Positions 16,953 through 26,389 are shown, numbered from the stretch's first letter. The stretch is DNA of 64,000 nucleotides from an uncultured bacterium (GCA_963768625.1 CAVYIK010000003.1:64625-128624), one strand, 5' to 3'. The notes: generated by a model not told the origin, from the letters alone. Program-made: numbers and translations.

Positions 16953-18711
16953 ATGCGTCGGCTTTTAGGGAATATTTTTCGTTGGAATCGAACTCCGCGG
17001 TTATCGTCGTGACGCCGCTAGATCCCACCTTGAGGTTCTTTATCTCGTTCCCGTCCACTTTGTATTCCATCCCTTTCTCGTCGACGGCCCTCGAAATATC
17101 GAGACCGGAAAAGGAATCCTCGGTTCCCGCCCTCAGGACAAGATCGAATGTTTTTTTCGCGTTCCGGCTTCTGATCACCAAAACATGTTGGATCTTCCTG
17201 CCCTCGGCGTCTTTTTTGACGAAACTTCGGAATCCTATCTCGCAGCGTTTCCGACCGTTGTCGGGCCTCGGCGTTACCCGTTCTCTCGGCATCTTCCAGA
17301 CCGGAATCTTTATTTTTACGTCCTCCTCCGCCGCGTTTATGCCGACCTCCGGTCCCTCGTCGTTCTTTGCCCCAAACGAATCCGCACCGTCTGCCTCTTT
17401 CGCTTCCCTGTCCATACCGGGGATCCCCAATATATCCCTGAGGCCCGGCATGTCCATGGACTCCGAATCTTCGGAAATCATGCTCTTGAGCGACTCTTTG
17501 ATGAATTCATCCAACTCCTTCATCGCACGGGGAAAGAGTTTTTTGTCCATCGTACTGTCCGCGGCATTATGCCTGTCCCATTCGTTGTGCGCGGCGTTTT
17601 CCATTTCGCGGAGAATGTCGTTTCCCTCGGACTTGCATATAAAAACTCCCGCAAAGGCCTCCGCGCTTCTCCTGTCTATCCTCTGAATTACCATGCCCGT
17701 TTTCCGTATGCAGGCTATCCGTTTCCTGTAGATTTCCCCCGGCAATACGTGCAACTCGACTTCCCGGAGGGTCGGAAGGGTCTTTTCGAAGAGTATTTTG
17801 CCGTTTACTTTTTCCGGCGTCGTAAAGGCGCGATAATACGGCCAGGGATTGGGATCTTCTTTGTTGTCGTCTGGCTCGTCTTCGGGGAAATACTTCTTCA
17901 GAAGATGCTCCAGATTGTTTTTCCTGATTTTTATATCGCCGACATCGACTTCCAATGTGTTGTCCAGTATCGCGTACCAGTAGTAGTTGAGGACCGCCTT
18001 AACGATATCTTTTTCCCAGGTGTCGCCCCAGCGAAATCCCAAAATATAGATATCCGTACCTTGTTCGTCCCTGTAAAATCCGGTCGGAATCGATTCGGGG
18101 TTGCGCACTGGCTCCAGATTCGGATTTCCGAAGTATCCGCACGACTGCTTGACGTCGCCGTCCATTTTGAAACTGACCAGCTTAAGTCTACCCTGGAATA
18201 TGTGCTTGTCTTTCTCGTATACGCTGGAAACAAAAATTGTTCTGAAATGTGATGCTATAAAAAACGCGTGCTTACCCAAGCCGAATGCACCGCCCTTGTC
18301 GCCCCCTTTTTCGGCGGTGCCGTCGACTTTCATCAATTTGAAATAATTTCGGTCGGTCAGGCCGCTCGTATTGTAATCCGAAATTTTCAACGTATGAATA
18401 TCCCTGTTGCGCGTGAGAAGATCCAACGCGTTGGAAAAAAATTGCTGGGTTTTTTTATCTTTCGGCCAGTGTTTTTTGCATGCCGAAAAAACGCTTTCGA
18501 GCTGATTCCTTTCGGGTATCCACGAACCCTTTATTTTGACAAGGTCGAATGTCGCTTTTACGGGATATGCGATTGCGGCGTCGATAATATTCTGTATGGC
18601 TTCCCTCGTCACGTGGTACGGTACGTGACCACGAAAATTTTCCATGGCTCCGTCGTTGAACCCGTTCTGTATGCCGCCGCCCGTGGATGGAAATTCGTAA
18701 ACGAGTCCCAT
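16939..18711 (-). CDS. defence-operon gene 2: GHKL (Bergerat-fold) ATPase, MORC/paraMORC-like (590 aa)
   Basis: N-box TREAIQNIIDA, G1-like ISDYNTSGLTD and G2 GDKGGAFGLGKHAFF. The C-terminal ~350 aa are unassigned. Confidence 0.8.
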   Translation of the reverse strand: MGLVYEFPSTGGGIQNGFNDGAMENFRGHVPYHVTREAIQNIIDAAIAYPVKATFDLVKIKGSWIPERNQLESVFSACKKHWPKDKKTQQFFSNALDLLTRNRDIHTLKISDYNTSGLTDRNYFKLMKVDGTAEKGGDKGGAFGLGKHAFFIASHFRTIFVSSVYEKDKHIFQGRLKLVSFKMDGDVKQSCGYFGNPNLEPVRNPESIPTGFYRDEQGTDIYILGFRWGDTWEKDIVKAVLNYYWYAILDNTLEVDVGDIKIRKNNLEHLLKKYFPEDEPDDNKEDPNPWPYYRAFTTPEKVNGKILFEKTLPTLREVELHVLPGEIYRKRIACIRKTGMVIQRIDRRSAEAFAGVFICKSEGNDILREMENAAHNEWDRHNAADSTMDKKLFPRAMKELDEFIKESLKSMISEDSESMDMPGLRDILGIPGMDREAKEADGADSFGAKNDEGPEVGINAAEEDVKIKIPVWKMPRERVTPRPDNGRKRCEIGFRSFVKKDAEGRKIQHVLVIRSRNAKKTFDLVLRAGTEDSFSGLDISRAVDEKGMEYKVDGNEIKNLKVGSSGVTTITAEFDSNEKYSLKADAYENK

Positions 18712-18720
18712 GTTCGTAAT

Positions 18721-18939
18721 TTATAGTTTGAATTCCTCGTCCTTCGGCAGATGAAATTTCGCCTTCGCCTCTTTCACGGCCTGGTCGATTTCCGAAAAGA
18801 TTTTACGGAAATCGCTTCCCGTGTACGAGTAATTACCCCGGTTTCCGCAGTTTCCCAGTATCCGGAGATCCCGCAGTATCGCTCTAACCCTCCGTTCCGC
18901 TACCCTTTTAAATCTAGCCTCTTTTGACTCTTTTTCCAT
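18721..18939 (-). CDS. defence-operon gene 1: small basic helical protein (72 aa)
   Basis: ORF track, 9 nt upstream of gene 2: KRVAERRVRAILRDLRILGNCGN. No motif recognised. Confidence 0.55.
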   Translation of the reverse strand: MEKESKEARFKRVAERRVRAILRDLRILGNCGNRGNYSYTGSDFRKIFSEIDQAVKEAKAKFHLPKDEEFKL

Positions 18940-19087
18940 ATTTTCTATGTTTTATAAGGTTTTTTCGACGTTTTATACGCTTATTATGTGATTCCTAGCG
19001 TAAATACTATTCTATTGTGCTCCTATAGGAATATATGTCAAGTGGACAAACTGTTAATACAAAGGAGTGAATTATAGAAGAATAGCG

Positions 19088-19492
19088 CTATTTCATGATT
19101 CGCGCTATCTTTTTCGCTACATATTCTGGGTTGCGCTTGATCTTCGACCCATAAAACCTGAGGACCCGATACCCCGCCTTTCGCAACGCCCTACTCTGGA
19201 GGCGATCCCTGCGGATATTGCCCGCGATCTTTTTGCGCCAAAAGGCGGGAACGTCGGATTTCCATTTCCCGAAACCTCTCCCGTGCCAGAAGTCCCCGTC
19301 GGCGAAGATCGCGACCTTCGATACGGAGAAAACGATGTCGGGTTTGCCTGGCAGCGTTGTGACGTTTTTCCTGTATCGTTCTTTTCTCTGGAACTGCCTG
19401 ACAATCTCCGCCAACAATTTTTCGATGTCGGTATTTTTCGTGCCGACTTTCGCCATCAAAGCGCTGCGTTTCTCCTTCGTTAATTTATCCAC
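19088..19492 (-). CDS. vsr: very-short-patch repair endonuclease Vsr
   Basis: RSALMAKVGTKNTDIEKLL, LPGKPDIVF, AIFADGDFWHG, FWRKKIAGNIRRD and AGYRVLRF follow the Vsr family pattern. Confidence 0.85.
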   Translation of the reverse strand: MDKLTKEKRSALMAKVGTKNTDIEKLLAEIVRQFQRKERYRKNVTTLPGKPDIVFSVSKVAIFADGDFWHGRGFGKWKSDVPAFWRKKIAGNIRRDRLQSRALRKAGYRVLRFYGSKIKRNPEYVAKKIARIMK

Positions 19493-20009
19493 TTTCTTTA
19501 ATGCGCGGATAAATAGTGTGGGCCTCGCCGACGAGAGCTTTCGTGACGGTTATGTTCCAGCCTCTCATGGTTTTGTGCCATTTCTTGAATTTAAGAAATT
19601 GTTCCCACGTAATCTCCAAAATTTTCTTCGGTTGTAGATTCTCGTCGATGATGACTATGATCACGTATTCGAATTTCTTTTCCGACGGTCGCTTGTCTTC
19701 GGGATCGCCGAGTCCGTAAAAGACACTGGTTAAACTATTCGGCTCTGTGATCGTCTTAATGCTGTATCTGTCTCCTTTTCTACTCAATGCATCGACGTTT
19801 TGAGTTCCTTCTGGGGCTGCCTGAAGTTTGGGCAGACCGGGAATTTTATTGTAGGTCTCGATGGCCAGAAACTCTCCACGCTCCCCCGTGATATTCTTTG
19901 TCCTGATCAAGCCTCTCTTTTTCAGCAAAGCGATGGCGAAGGCGTAGACGCTCCATACGATGTTATCGTCGGCGGCCTCTATTTTCTGGAATACTTCCTC
20001 TTTCCCCAT
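19485..20009 (-). CDS. putative type II restriction endonuclease (cognate of adjacent m5C MTase)
   Basis: 174 aa, sandwiched between dcm (12 nt gap) and vsr (8 nt overlap). GERGEFLAIE...VDALSRKGDRYSIKT resembles an E...D-x(n)-(S)xK PD-(D/E)xK core. This is inference from position plus a weak motif. Confidence 0.5.
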   Translation of the reverse strand: MGKEEVFQKIEAADDNIVWSVYAFAIALLKKRGLIRTKNITGERGEFLAIETYNKIPGLPKLQAAPEGTQNVDALSRKGDRYSIKTITEPNSLTSVFYGLGDPEDKRPSEKKFEYVIIVIIDENLQPKKILEITWEQFLKFKKWHKTMRGWNITVTKALVGEAHTIYPRIKESG

Positions 20010-20021
20010 GGAAGATAAATT

Positions 20022-21116
20022 TTATAAAAATTTAAGTATTTCCTCGCCGATTTCTCGTATGACATCTACTGCCACGCTGTTGCCGAGCTGTTTGAACGCC
20101 TGCGTCGGGGTTACCGTTTTCGGAAAACGGAAACCCTTCGGAAATCCCATCATTGTTTTGGCTTCGTCAACCGTCAAAATATGTTTCGAATTTCCCACGA
20201 TATAAGTATCCCAACTTCTCCTGTCCACAAACCATTCTCCGTTCTTTTTCCTGTACACTGGTGAGCCCCGACCCCCGACACGGATGGTCCTCCCTGTTTT
20301 GTCCGGCCACTTTTCGTCTTTGAAGAATTTTCTCATGGTCATGCCTCCTGGCGTGGTCGGCTCGGGGAATTTAAAATCGCGCGCGCCGACAGTGTTTTTC
20401 TTGAAAGCCACCAGATAAAACCTTGGGCGGGCGGTGGGCAACCCGAAATCACTCGCGCTCAATATATCCCATGAATCGTCCTGTCCCTGGTTTACGTGAT
20501 ACCCGGCTTTATCAAGTTTTTTGAGAATCGATCTAAATACGTGACCCCCGCCGAGCGTTACGATGTTTCGCACATTTTCCAAAAAAACGACCTTCGGTTG
20601 ACGCGCCCGAATGATTTTCTCGATATCGTTGAACAAGGTGCCCCTGTCATCGTCGAACCCGTTTTTCTTACCGATCCGGCTGAACGGCTGACAGGGAAAA
20701 CCGGCGCACAACATATCGAATGGGGGTATGACCTTCCTGATGTGCCGTGCCCGCACCGATTCCGACCGAACGGTGGCATCGTCTGTTAGAGTAATATCCT
20801 TTATGCTTTTCCAGAAATGAGGCTCGCGCGATTCGTCCCCAAACAAGCGCGGGGCCATTTTGCGAAAGTTGTGTTCGTAGGTCGCACGGGCGTTGCCATC
20901 GAATTCGTTGACAAAAACGCATTCCCCGCCGAGGTCGTGCAGGGCAAAATGGAAACCCCCGATACCAGCAAAAAGATCAACGAACGTAAATTTTGTTCGT
21001 GATCCCGGTTTCATCTTTTCGCTGCTATCGTGGTTGTCAATCTTTCCTTGGTGCTCATTTTCCATCATTTTAAATGATTCCCTGAGAAACATAAAGTGAT
21101 CGTAATAGATCAACAT
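20022..21116 (-). CDS. dcm: DNA (cytosine-5)-methyltransferase
   Basis: Motif I FVDLFAGIGGF, motif IV GFPCQPFS, motif VI FLENVRN and motif X QLGNSVAV. The true start may be an internal Met (MMENEH...). Confidence 0.9.
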   Translation of the reverse strand: MLIYYDHFMFLRESFKMMENEHQGKIDNHDSSEKMKPGSRTKFTFVDLFAGIGGFHFALHDLGGECVFVNEFDGNARATYEHNFRKMAPRLFGDESREPHFWKSIKDITLTDDATVRSESVRARHIRKVIPPFDMLCAGFPCQPFSRIGKKNGFDDDRGTLFNDIEKIIRARQPKVVFLENVRNIVTLGGGHVFRSILKKLDKAGYHVNQGQDDSWDILSASDFGLPTARPRFYLVAFKKNTVGARDFKFPEPTTPGGMTMRKFFKDEKWPDKTGRTIRVGGRGSPVYRKKNGEWFVDRRSWDTYIVGNSKHILTVDEAKTMMGFPKGFRFPKTVTPTQAFKQLGNSVAVDVIREIGEEILKFL

Positions 21117-21153
21117 TAAAAATCTTTAAAAGAATACTTGACAATTGCCCAGA

Positions 21154-21311
21154 GCCCCCTGCCTGCGCCTTGCCTTTGAGGGGGCTCTCGGAGGCGCCCG
21201 CAGCTTGGTCTTTTGCGGAGCAAAAGTGCGGGCGCCGAGAGAGCAGGGTGGCTCGCGCCGCTGGAGCGCGAGAACACCCGTACCCTCAAAGGCAAGGCGC
21301 AGGCAGGGGGC
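21154..21311. repeat. 158-bp element: perfect 29-bp terminal inverted repeats enclosing ~100 nt with three nested hairpins
   Basis: GCCCCCTGCCTGCGCCTTGCCTTTGAGGG (21154-82) is the exact reverse complement of 21283-21311. Inner stems lie at 21185-21201/21228-41, 21210-26 and 21252-72. Confidence 0.85.
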
Positions 21312-21325
21312 CCTATTCGCAAAGA

Positions 21326-23756
21326 TTATTCGCGAAGTCGCCGATAGATATCGTCTTCAATGGCTTGTCTATCTTGCCCATATTTCATTCGTGAGTATTC
21401 CTTGAATTTCCCCGCCAGCTCCTTCTCTCCCCCTCCCCACGACCCCGTCCCAATCCTCAAATTAAACGGTCTAGTAGATTGCCCACCAATAAGTAGCTTC
21501 GCATACGCATTCAAGTTATCAATATTTAAGAGATCATTCTGGTTAAAGACCGGCTCAAACTGCTTCACCAAGAACTCCGCATCAGACGGCCCCACCCGAA
21601 AACATAGAATAGACCCCACGTTCCCAAAGACCGCGTCTTTGATCTTGTCCGTCAGCTGGCCGATGAACTGGTGCGCCATCGTCAGGTTCAGCCGATACTT
21701 CCGCGCCTCGGACAAAATAGTCGCGATAGAATCCGTCGTAAAGTTCTGGAACTCGTCAATATAGAGATTAAAGTCCCGCCGCTTTTCCGCATCAGGCACG
21801 TCTATCCGTGAAAGTGCGGCCATGAGCAACTTCCCCGTAAAGACCATGCCAAGAAGCCCCGCATTGATGTCCCCTATCTTCCCCTTGGAAAGGTTGATGA
21901 GCAATATCTTCCCCTGGTCCATCGCCTCCCGGAAATTGAACGCCGACTTCGGCTGGCCGATGATCGGCCGCATATAGTCGTTGGAGATAAAGTTGTTGAA
22001 CTTGGACGTGATGTAGGGCGTCATGTTCGCAAGCGACGCCTCGCCGCCGGCCTTGACCGCCTCCTTCGTCCCAGAAATCAATGACGACCGGATTGTGGAT
22101 GCGCTCAAGCTTTCGCAGGCGGTACGCCGTGTCCGTGAATACGCGCGGCACTTCCATCAAGGTCGCCGGCTCGTTCGGCATGTCTTCCATCAAAAGGAGC
22201 AGCGCGTTCCGCATGTATTGCTCAAACATCGGCCCCATCGTCTCCGGCGGGAAGAGCTTGTTGAAAATGCTCTGCATCTCGTTCACGATGAACGTCTTTT
22301 CCTCCGGCCGGTTGTAGTTGTAGTCCAGCATATTGAGGCCGAGCGGGCGCGAAAGGTCGCCGGGATCAAAATAAATGACGTCGTCCAGGCGCGAGGGCGG
22401 CACGAAGCCCAAGCGCGTTCTCCACGAGGTCGCCGTGCGGGTCTATGATCGCAAGGCCCTTGCCCGCCCGGATGTCTTCTATCACCATATTGCCGATGAG
22501 CGTGGACTTTCCGGTGCCCGTCTGCCCGACGGTATAGACATGTCGGCGGCGGTCGTCGTCCGTGATGTAGATGGGCTTCGCCTGGCCGCGGAAGACGCTC
22601 TCGCCGAGGAGCGTCCCCTGCTTCGGCAGGTTCTCCGGCGGCGGGGCTTCTTTGGATTTGAGCCATTTCACGCGCGGCGTCTCCGTGGAGGCGATGGGTA
22701 GGTGATAGAAGCTCGCGATCTCTTCGCTTGAAAGCGTCATCGCCTGGCTCGCGTCGTATTCGCGAAAAATGAACTGGTGGACGAGCTTGTCCGGATTGCG
22801 CGGCTTTACGATCCTGAACTCGTTGCGCGTCGGACTCCCGAACTGGCTGAATCCGGCCGCAAGGCCGTCCAGCATGTCGCTCTGCCTGGAAGGGCGACCC
22901 CGCGGAGGCAACGAGCCGCACGTTCACGAAGAAGAGCGGCTTCATGATCTTTGCCTGGAGCGCTTTCACCGCTTCCTCGTCCACCGTGCGCTCCTGCTTC
23001 TCTTTTGCTTTTTGCTCTTCGGTCTTCGGGTTCAAAACATCGCTCGGATTGGAGAGCGAACGGCGGACCATCGCCGTGGAAAACCTTCTTGAACGGCTCC
23101 CCTTTCTTCAGCCGCTCGATCGCCGCCTGGACCTCGCTCTTTGTCCCCGCGGGAGCAGGCCTTATCACGACCTGCATCGCCGCGCCCTCGCCGATCTCGT
23201 TCACCTTCGCGAATGCACCCAGGATGGACTCAAAGGAGTCAATGCCAAGTTCGGTATATGTCCGCATCGGGAGGCCGTAGTGCTCCTTCTGCTTCACGTA
23301 CGCGGCCGCCGTCGCCCCGTGCGCATTGAAAATATTGAAATCGTCCGCCCAGCTCCTCCACGCTCGCCCCGTTCCAGAGTCCCTGGATCTGCTTCATGCG
23401 ACCGTCTCGGACCAGCGCTTCGGCACCGCAAGATAAAAATGGATCTCCTCGCCCACGTGCGGCACCGCGACTTCAAACGTGAACGGTTTCTTTATGGCGG
23501 CCAAGCTGCCCAAGAGCTGCTCAAAATGCGCAAGTTCAGCTTTGAAGTCCCCGTGCTCGCCGTGCCCGGCGCCGCCGTCACCTCCGGTCCCTGTGCCCCC
23601 CGCGCCCGCGGACGGGCGCGGTATTTTTACGAGGAAAAGCGCTGTCCCGAGCGACGCCGCCATCCGCCCGCGCGCAACCGCGCGCAAAATAAAATACACC
23701 GCGACCCCGGCCACGGCGCCGACCACGATCGCGAAGAAGATGTAGAAGCCAAGCAT
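21326..23756 (-). pseudogene. TraG/VirD4/TraD-like type IV secretion coupling-type ATPase with N-terminal TM helix; at least 6 frameshifts as given
   Basis: The protein can be followed through ORFs 23394..23756, 22806..23297, 22283..23071, 22366..22911, 21792..22412 and 21326..22108. Walker A is GQTGTGKST and Walker B is LYIDEFQNF. Confidence 0.75.
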
Positions 23757-23977
23757 TGCCTTAATTCTAGCAAATTAGGCAATTCAGCCACGGCAAGAAA
23801 CATTTTCTGAGCGTATATGACAAAAGAAACAAAAAACTCCCCACATGAGGAAGTTTTTTGGCATGCCCGTTTCAGCGATATAGCCGAATGGGACGAAACG
23901 TCCCACGGGCATAGCTCTATTTTAAAGCAAATAGTTTGCAGAAGTCAAAACTCTTTTAATAATTTTTTAATGTGGCC

Positions 23978-24404
23978 TCACTTCACGATCCCCCGTTTTT
24001 GCAGTTCCGGATACAGTTTTCCCGCAAGCGCATCATGAAAAGCATCCTGCACAAAGTACGGCGATTTGCGCGCTTCGGAGAAGCGCCTTGCCGAGTCCGT
24101 TGCGCAGGGCGACGTCAAGCAGATATTCTATCTCCAGTTTCACCTCGGCGGGAGCGTTCTGCGCATAGTCGGGCAGCGGGCTTCGGGCGGCGCCGGCGGC
24201 CGCAGCGGACGCGCTCGGCGTAGGCACCGGCACCCCCTGCGGTTTCTTCTCCAGCTGCGGAAACGCCCGGATAGCCTCTTTTATGAGCTCTTTTTCGTTC
24301 GCGTCCTTCAATTCCGGCCGCGCACGCTGGTTCTGGATCTCCGTTGCGAGGCGCTGCATATCCGCTTCAAGTGCATGTTCAAACGATGATGGCTGGTCCG
24401 GCAT
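23978..24404 (-). pseudogene. hypothetical protein, one frameshift near 24075
   Basis: ORF 24033..24404 continues in another frame as EARKSPYFVQDAFHDALAGKLYPELQKRGIVK*, with the stop at 23978. Confidence 0.5.
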
Positions 24405-24413
24405 TGATATAAT
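24405..24413 (+). promoter_or_regulatory. extended -10 TGaTATAAT, 6 nt upstream of ATG 24420 (leaderless-type)
   Basis: tgatataat gaaata ATG. Confidence 0.5.
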
Positions 24414-24419
24414 GAAATA

Positions 24420-25903
24420 ATGACGAGATCAAGACGCTCTGGCTCTTGGTTGGTATCCTCATTATAGCAACCTTCCTGCGCTTCTACCATTTCACTACTA
24501 CGCCGCCCGGCCTTTATCCGGACGAAGCGATTGATGGCAACAACGCCGCGGAGAGCCGCGGCGACCGGCCACTACCAGGTGTTCTACACTGAAGACAACG
24601 GCCGCGAAGGATTGTACGTGAATATCATTGCGGTCGATGTTCCAGTTCCTCCACGCGCCGCACGAGCCGTGGGTCGTCCGCCTCCCGGCCGCCGTCGCGG
24701 GCGTCGCTGACCGTGCTCGGGTTATATCTCCTCGTCGCTGAGCTTTTCGGCGGCGGCGCGGGGCTCCTCGCCGCATTCCTTTTAGCCACCTGCTTCTGGC
24801 ATATCAATTTTTCGCGCATCGGCTTCCGCGCGATCCTGGCGCCGCTCCTCCTCACGTGGACGCTCTGGCTTTTGATAAAAGCATTCCGGGCGGCGTCCGC
24901 GCGCTCGGCCGCCTGGTATGCCGCGGTCAGCCGGCATCGTGTATGCCGCTCGGCTTTTATACCTATATCGCCTATCGCGTGACGCCGCTCCTCTTCTTGC
25001 TTTTCATCCCGTTCTTCAAAACGCGCCCCGGCTTTTGGAAACGCGTCCTTGTTTTCATCGTCGCCGCGTTCATCGTCGCCGCGCCGATCGGCTGGTACTT
25101 TGTGAAGCACCCCGCCGACTTCTTCGGCCGGACGTCGGAGATAGCGGTCACGAACGCGCAAGCCCGGTCATCGATTTCGCCGTGAACGTCGTAAAGACGC
25201 TCCTGATGTTCAACGTGCACGGCGACGATAACTGGCGGCACAACATAAGCGGCGCGCCGGAGCTTTTCTGGCCGGTCGGCATCCTCTTCCTTCTCGGCAT
25301 CGTGCTCGGCCTCTATTCACTTTGGAAAAGCTGGCGGCGCGAAAGACGCTGCGTGACGACCCAAAGAACATGTTCCCGGCTATTCGCGCTCCTGCTCACC
25401 TTCGTATGGTTCATCCTCGCGCTGCTCCCCGCCGCTGCCTCGGACGAAGGCATCCCGCACGCGCTCCGCTCCATCCTCATGCTCCCACCCGCGCTCATCT
25501 TCGCCGCGCTCGCCGGCGTGTGGCTCTACGACCTTATAAAAAACCACTGGGGCGGGAAAATCGCAAAGACGCTTGCGGCGATTTTCCTCGTCAGCGTCGC
25601 GGTGTTCGCTTACGTTGATTACTTTGTGTCTGGGCGCGAAATCCGAACGTCCCCGGCGCTTTCAGTGCGGATTACGTGACGATCGGCCGCGAGATCAACG
25701 CGCTCCCCGCAAGCACGCCGAAGTACGTGGTGGATATCGCCGGCGGCGTCATGACGCGCGGCATCCCGATGTCCGCTGAAACGACCATCTTCATGACCGA
25801 CACTTTCCTCCCGACGCAACAAGCGGCGAAAAACGTCCACTATCTTCTCCCCAGCCAGGAAAATCAGATCCCGCCCGGCGCGCCGGTGTTTTATATACAA
25901 TAA
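24420..25903 (+). pseudogene. glycosyltransferase family 39 (ArnT/PMT-like) membrane protein; about 6 frameshifts as given
   Basis: Followed through frames: DEIKTLWLLVGILIIATFLRFYHFTTTPPGLYPDEAIDGNNA, then ORFs 24713..24982, 24856..25185, 24918..25679 and 25676..25903. Confidence 0.7.
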
Positions 25904-25945
25904 AAAAGGCGGACTTTTTAACAAGCCCGCCGTCAAGCGAAAACC

Positions 25946-26380
25946 TTACGGCTTCCCCTCCGCCTGATCCTTTTCCGCCTGGAAAATGATGTGGAGAAGT
26001 ACAAAGGGGAAAATGAGCGCATTCACCGTAGGCGACGTCGCGAGGAAGCGCTTGACGGCTGCCGTCGCCGCCCGCACTACCTTCATGATCGGAGCAAGGA
26101 TAACAGCAGCGAGCGCAAGAAGCAGGTACACTGCTTCCCCTATGAATCTCTGAATGCTGCTGCCCATCGTCCGCCGGACCAAGAAGAAAAGGCCAATAAG
26201 GAATGATACGGCCACGGCGTACGCAATGAGCCACCCGATCGCGGCGGCGCTCCATCTTCCAATCGTGAGATCCGCCAAGCAAAACAACGCGACAGAGGCC
26301 CCCAAGCCCCTACGAACTTTCCCGTCCATGGTCGGTGCCCTCCTGGTTAGGACAATACCATAAAAAACATAGCCCGTCAA
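25946..26380 (-). CDS. hypothetical membrane protein
   Basis: ORF track, with 3-4 hydrophobic helices. An alternative start is at 26329. Confidence 0.5.
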   Translation of the reverse strand: MTGYVFYGIVLTRRAPTMDGKVRRGLGASVALFCLADLTIGRWSAAAIGWLIAYAVAVSFLIGLFFLVRRTMGSSIQRFIGEAVYLLLALAAVILAPIMKVVRAATAAVKRFLATSPTVNALIFPFVLLHIIFQAEKDQAEGKP

Positions 26381-26389
26381 TCTGACGGG

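Larger units (their letters stand above)
12435..21325. other. AT-richer accessory (defence) island
   Basis: Base composition is visibly lower in GC than both flanks (by eye, not computed). All 12 genes are on the minus strand. It is bounded by a tRNA-like fragment (12440-62) and a nested inverted-repeat element (21154-21311). Confidence 0.6.

Noticed and set aside
21116-21405. 68-86-aa ORFs (21116..21322 -, 21145..21405 +, 21170..21394 +)
   Set aside because: They are mirror-image products of the 158-bp palindromic element, are Ala/Arg/Gly-rich, and lack start context.
23863-23915. Nested hairpin (ATGCCCGT...ACGGGCAT enclosing GGGACG-aaa-CGTCCC) in the intergenic region upstream of the TraG-like gene
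   Set aside because: It is a real inverted repeat, but short, with no adjacent T-run and no recognisable RNA motif. The evidence is insufficient to call a feature.
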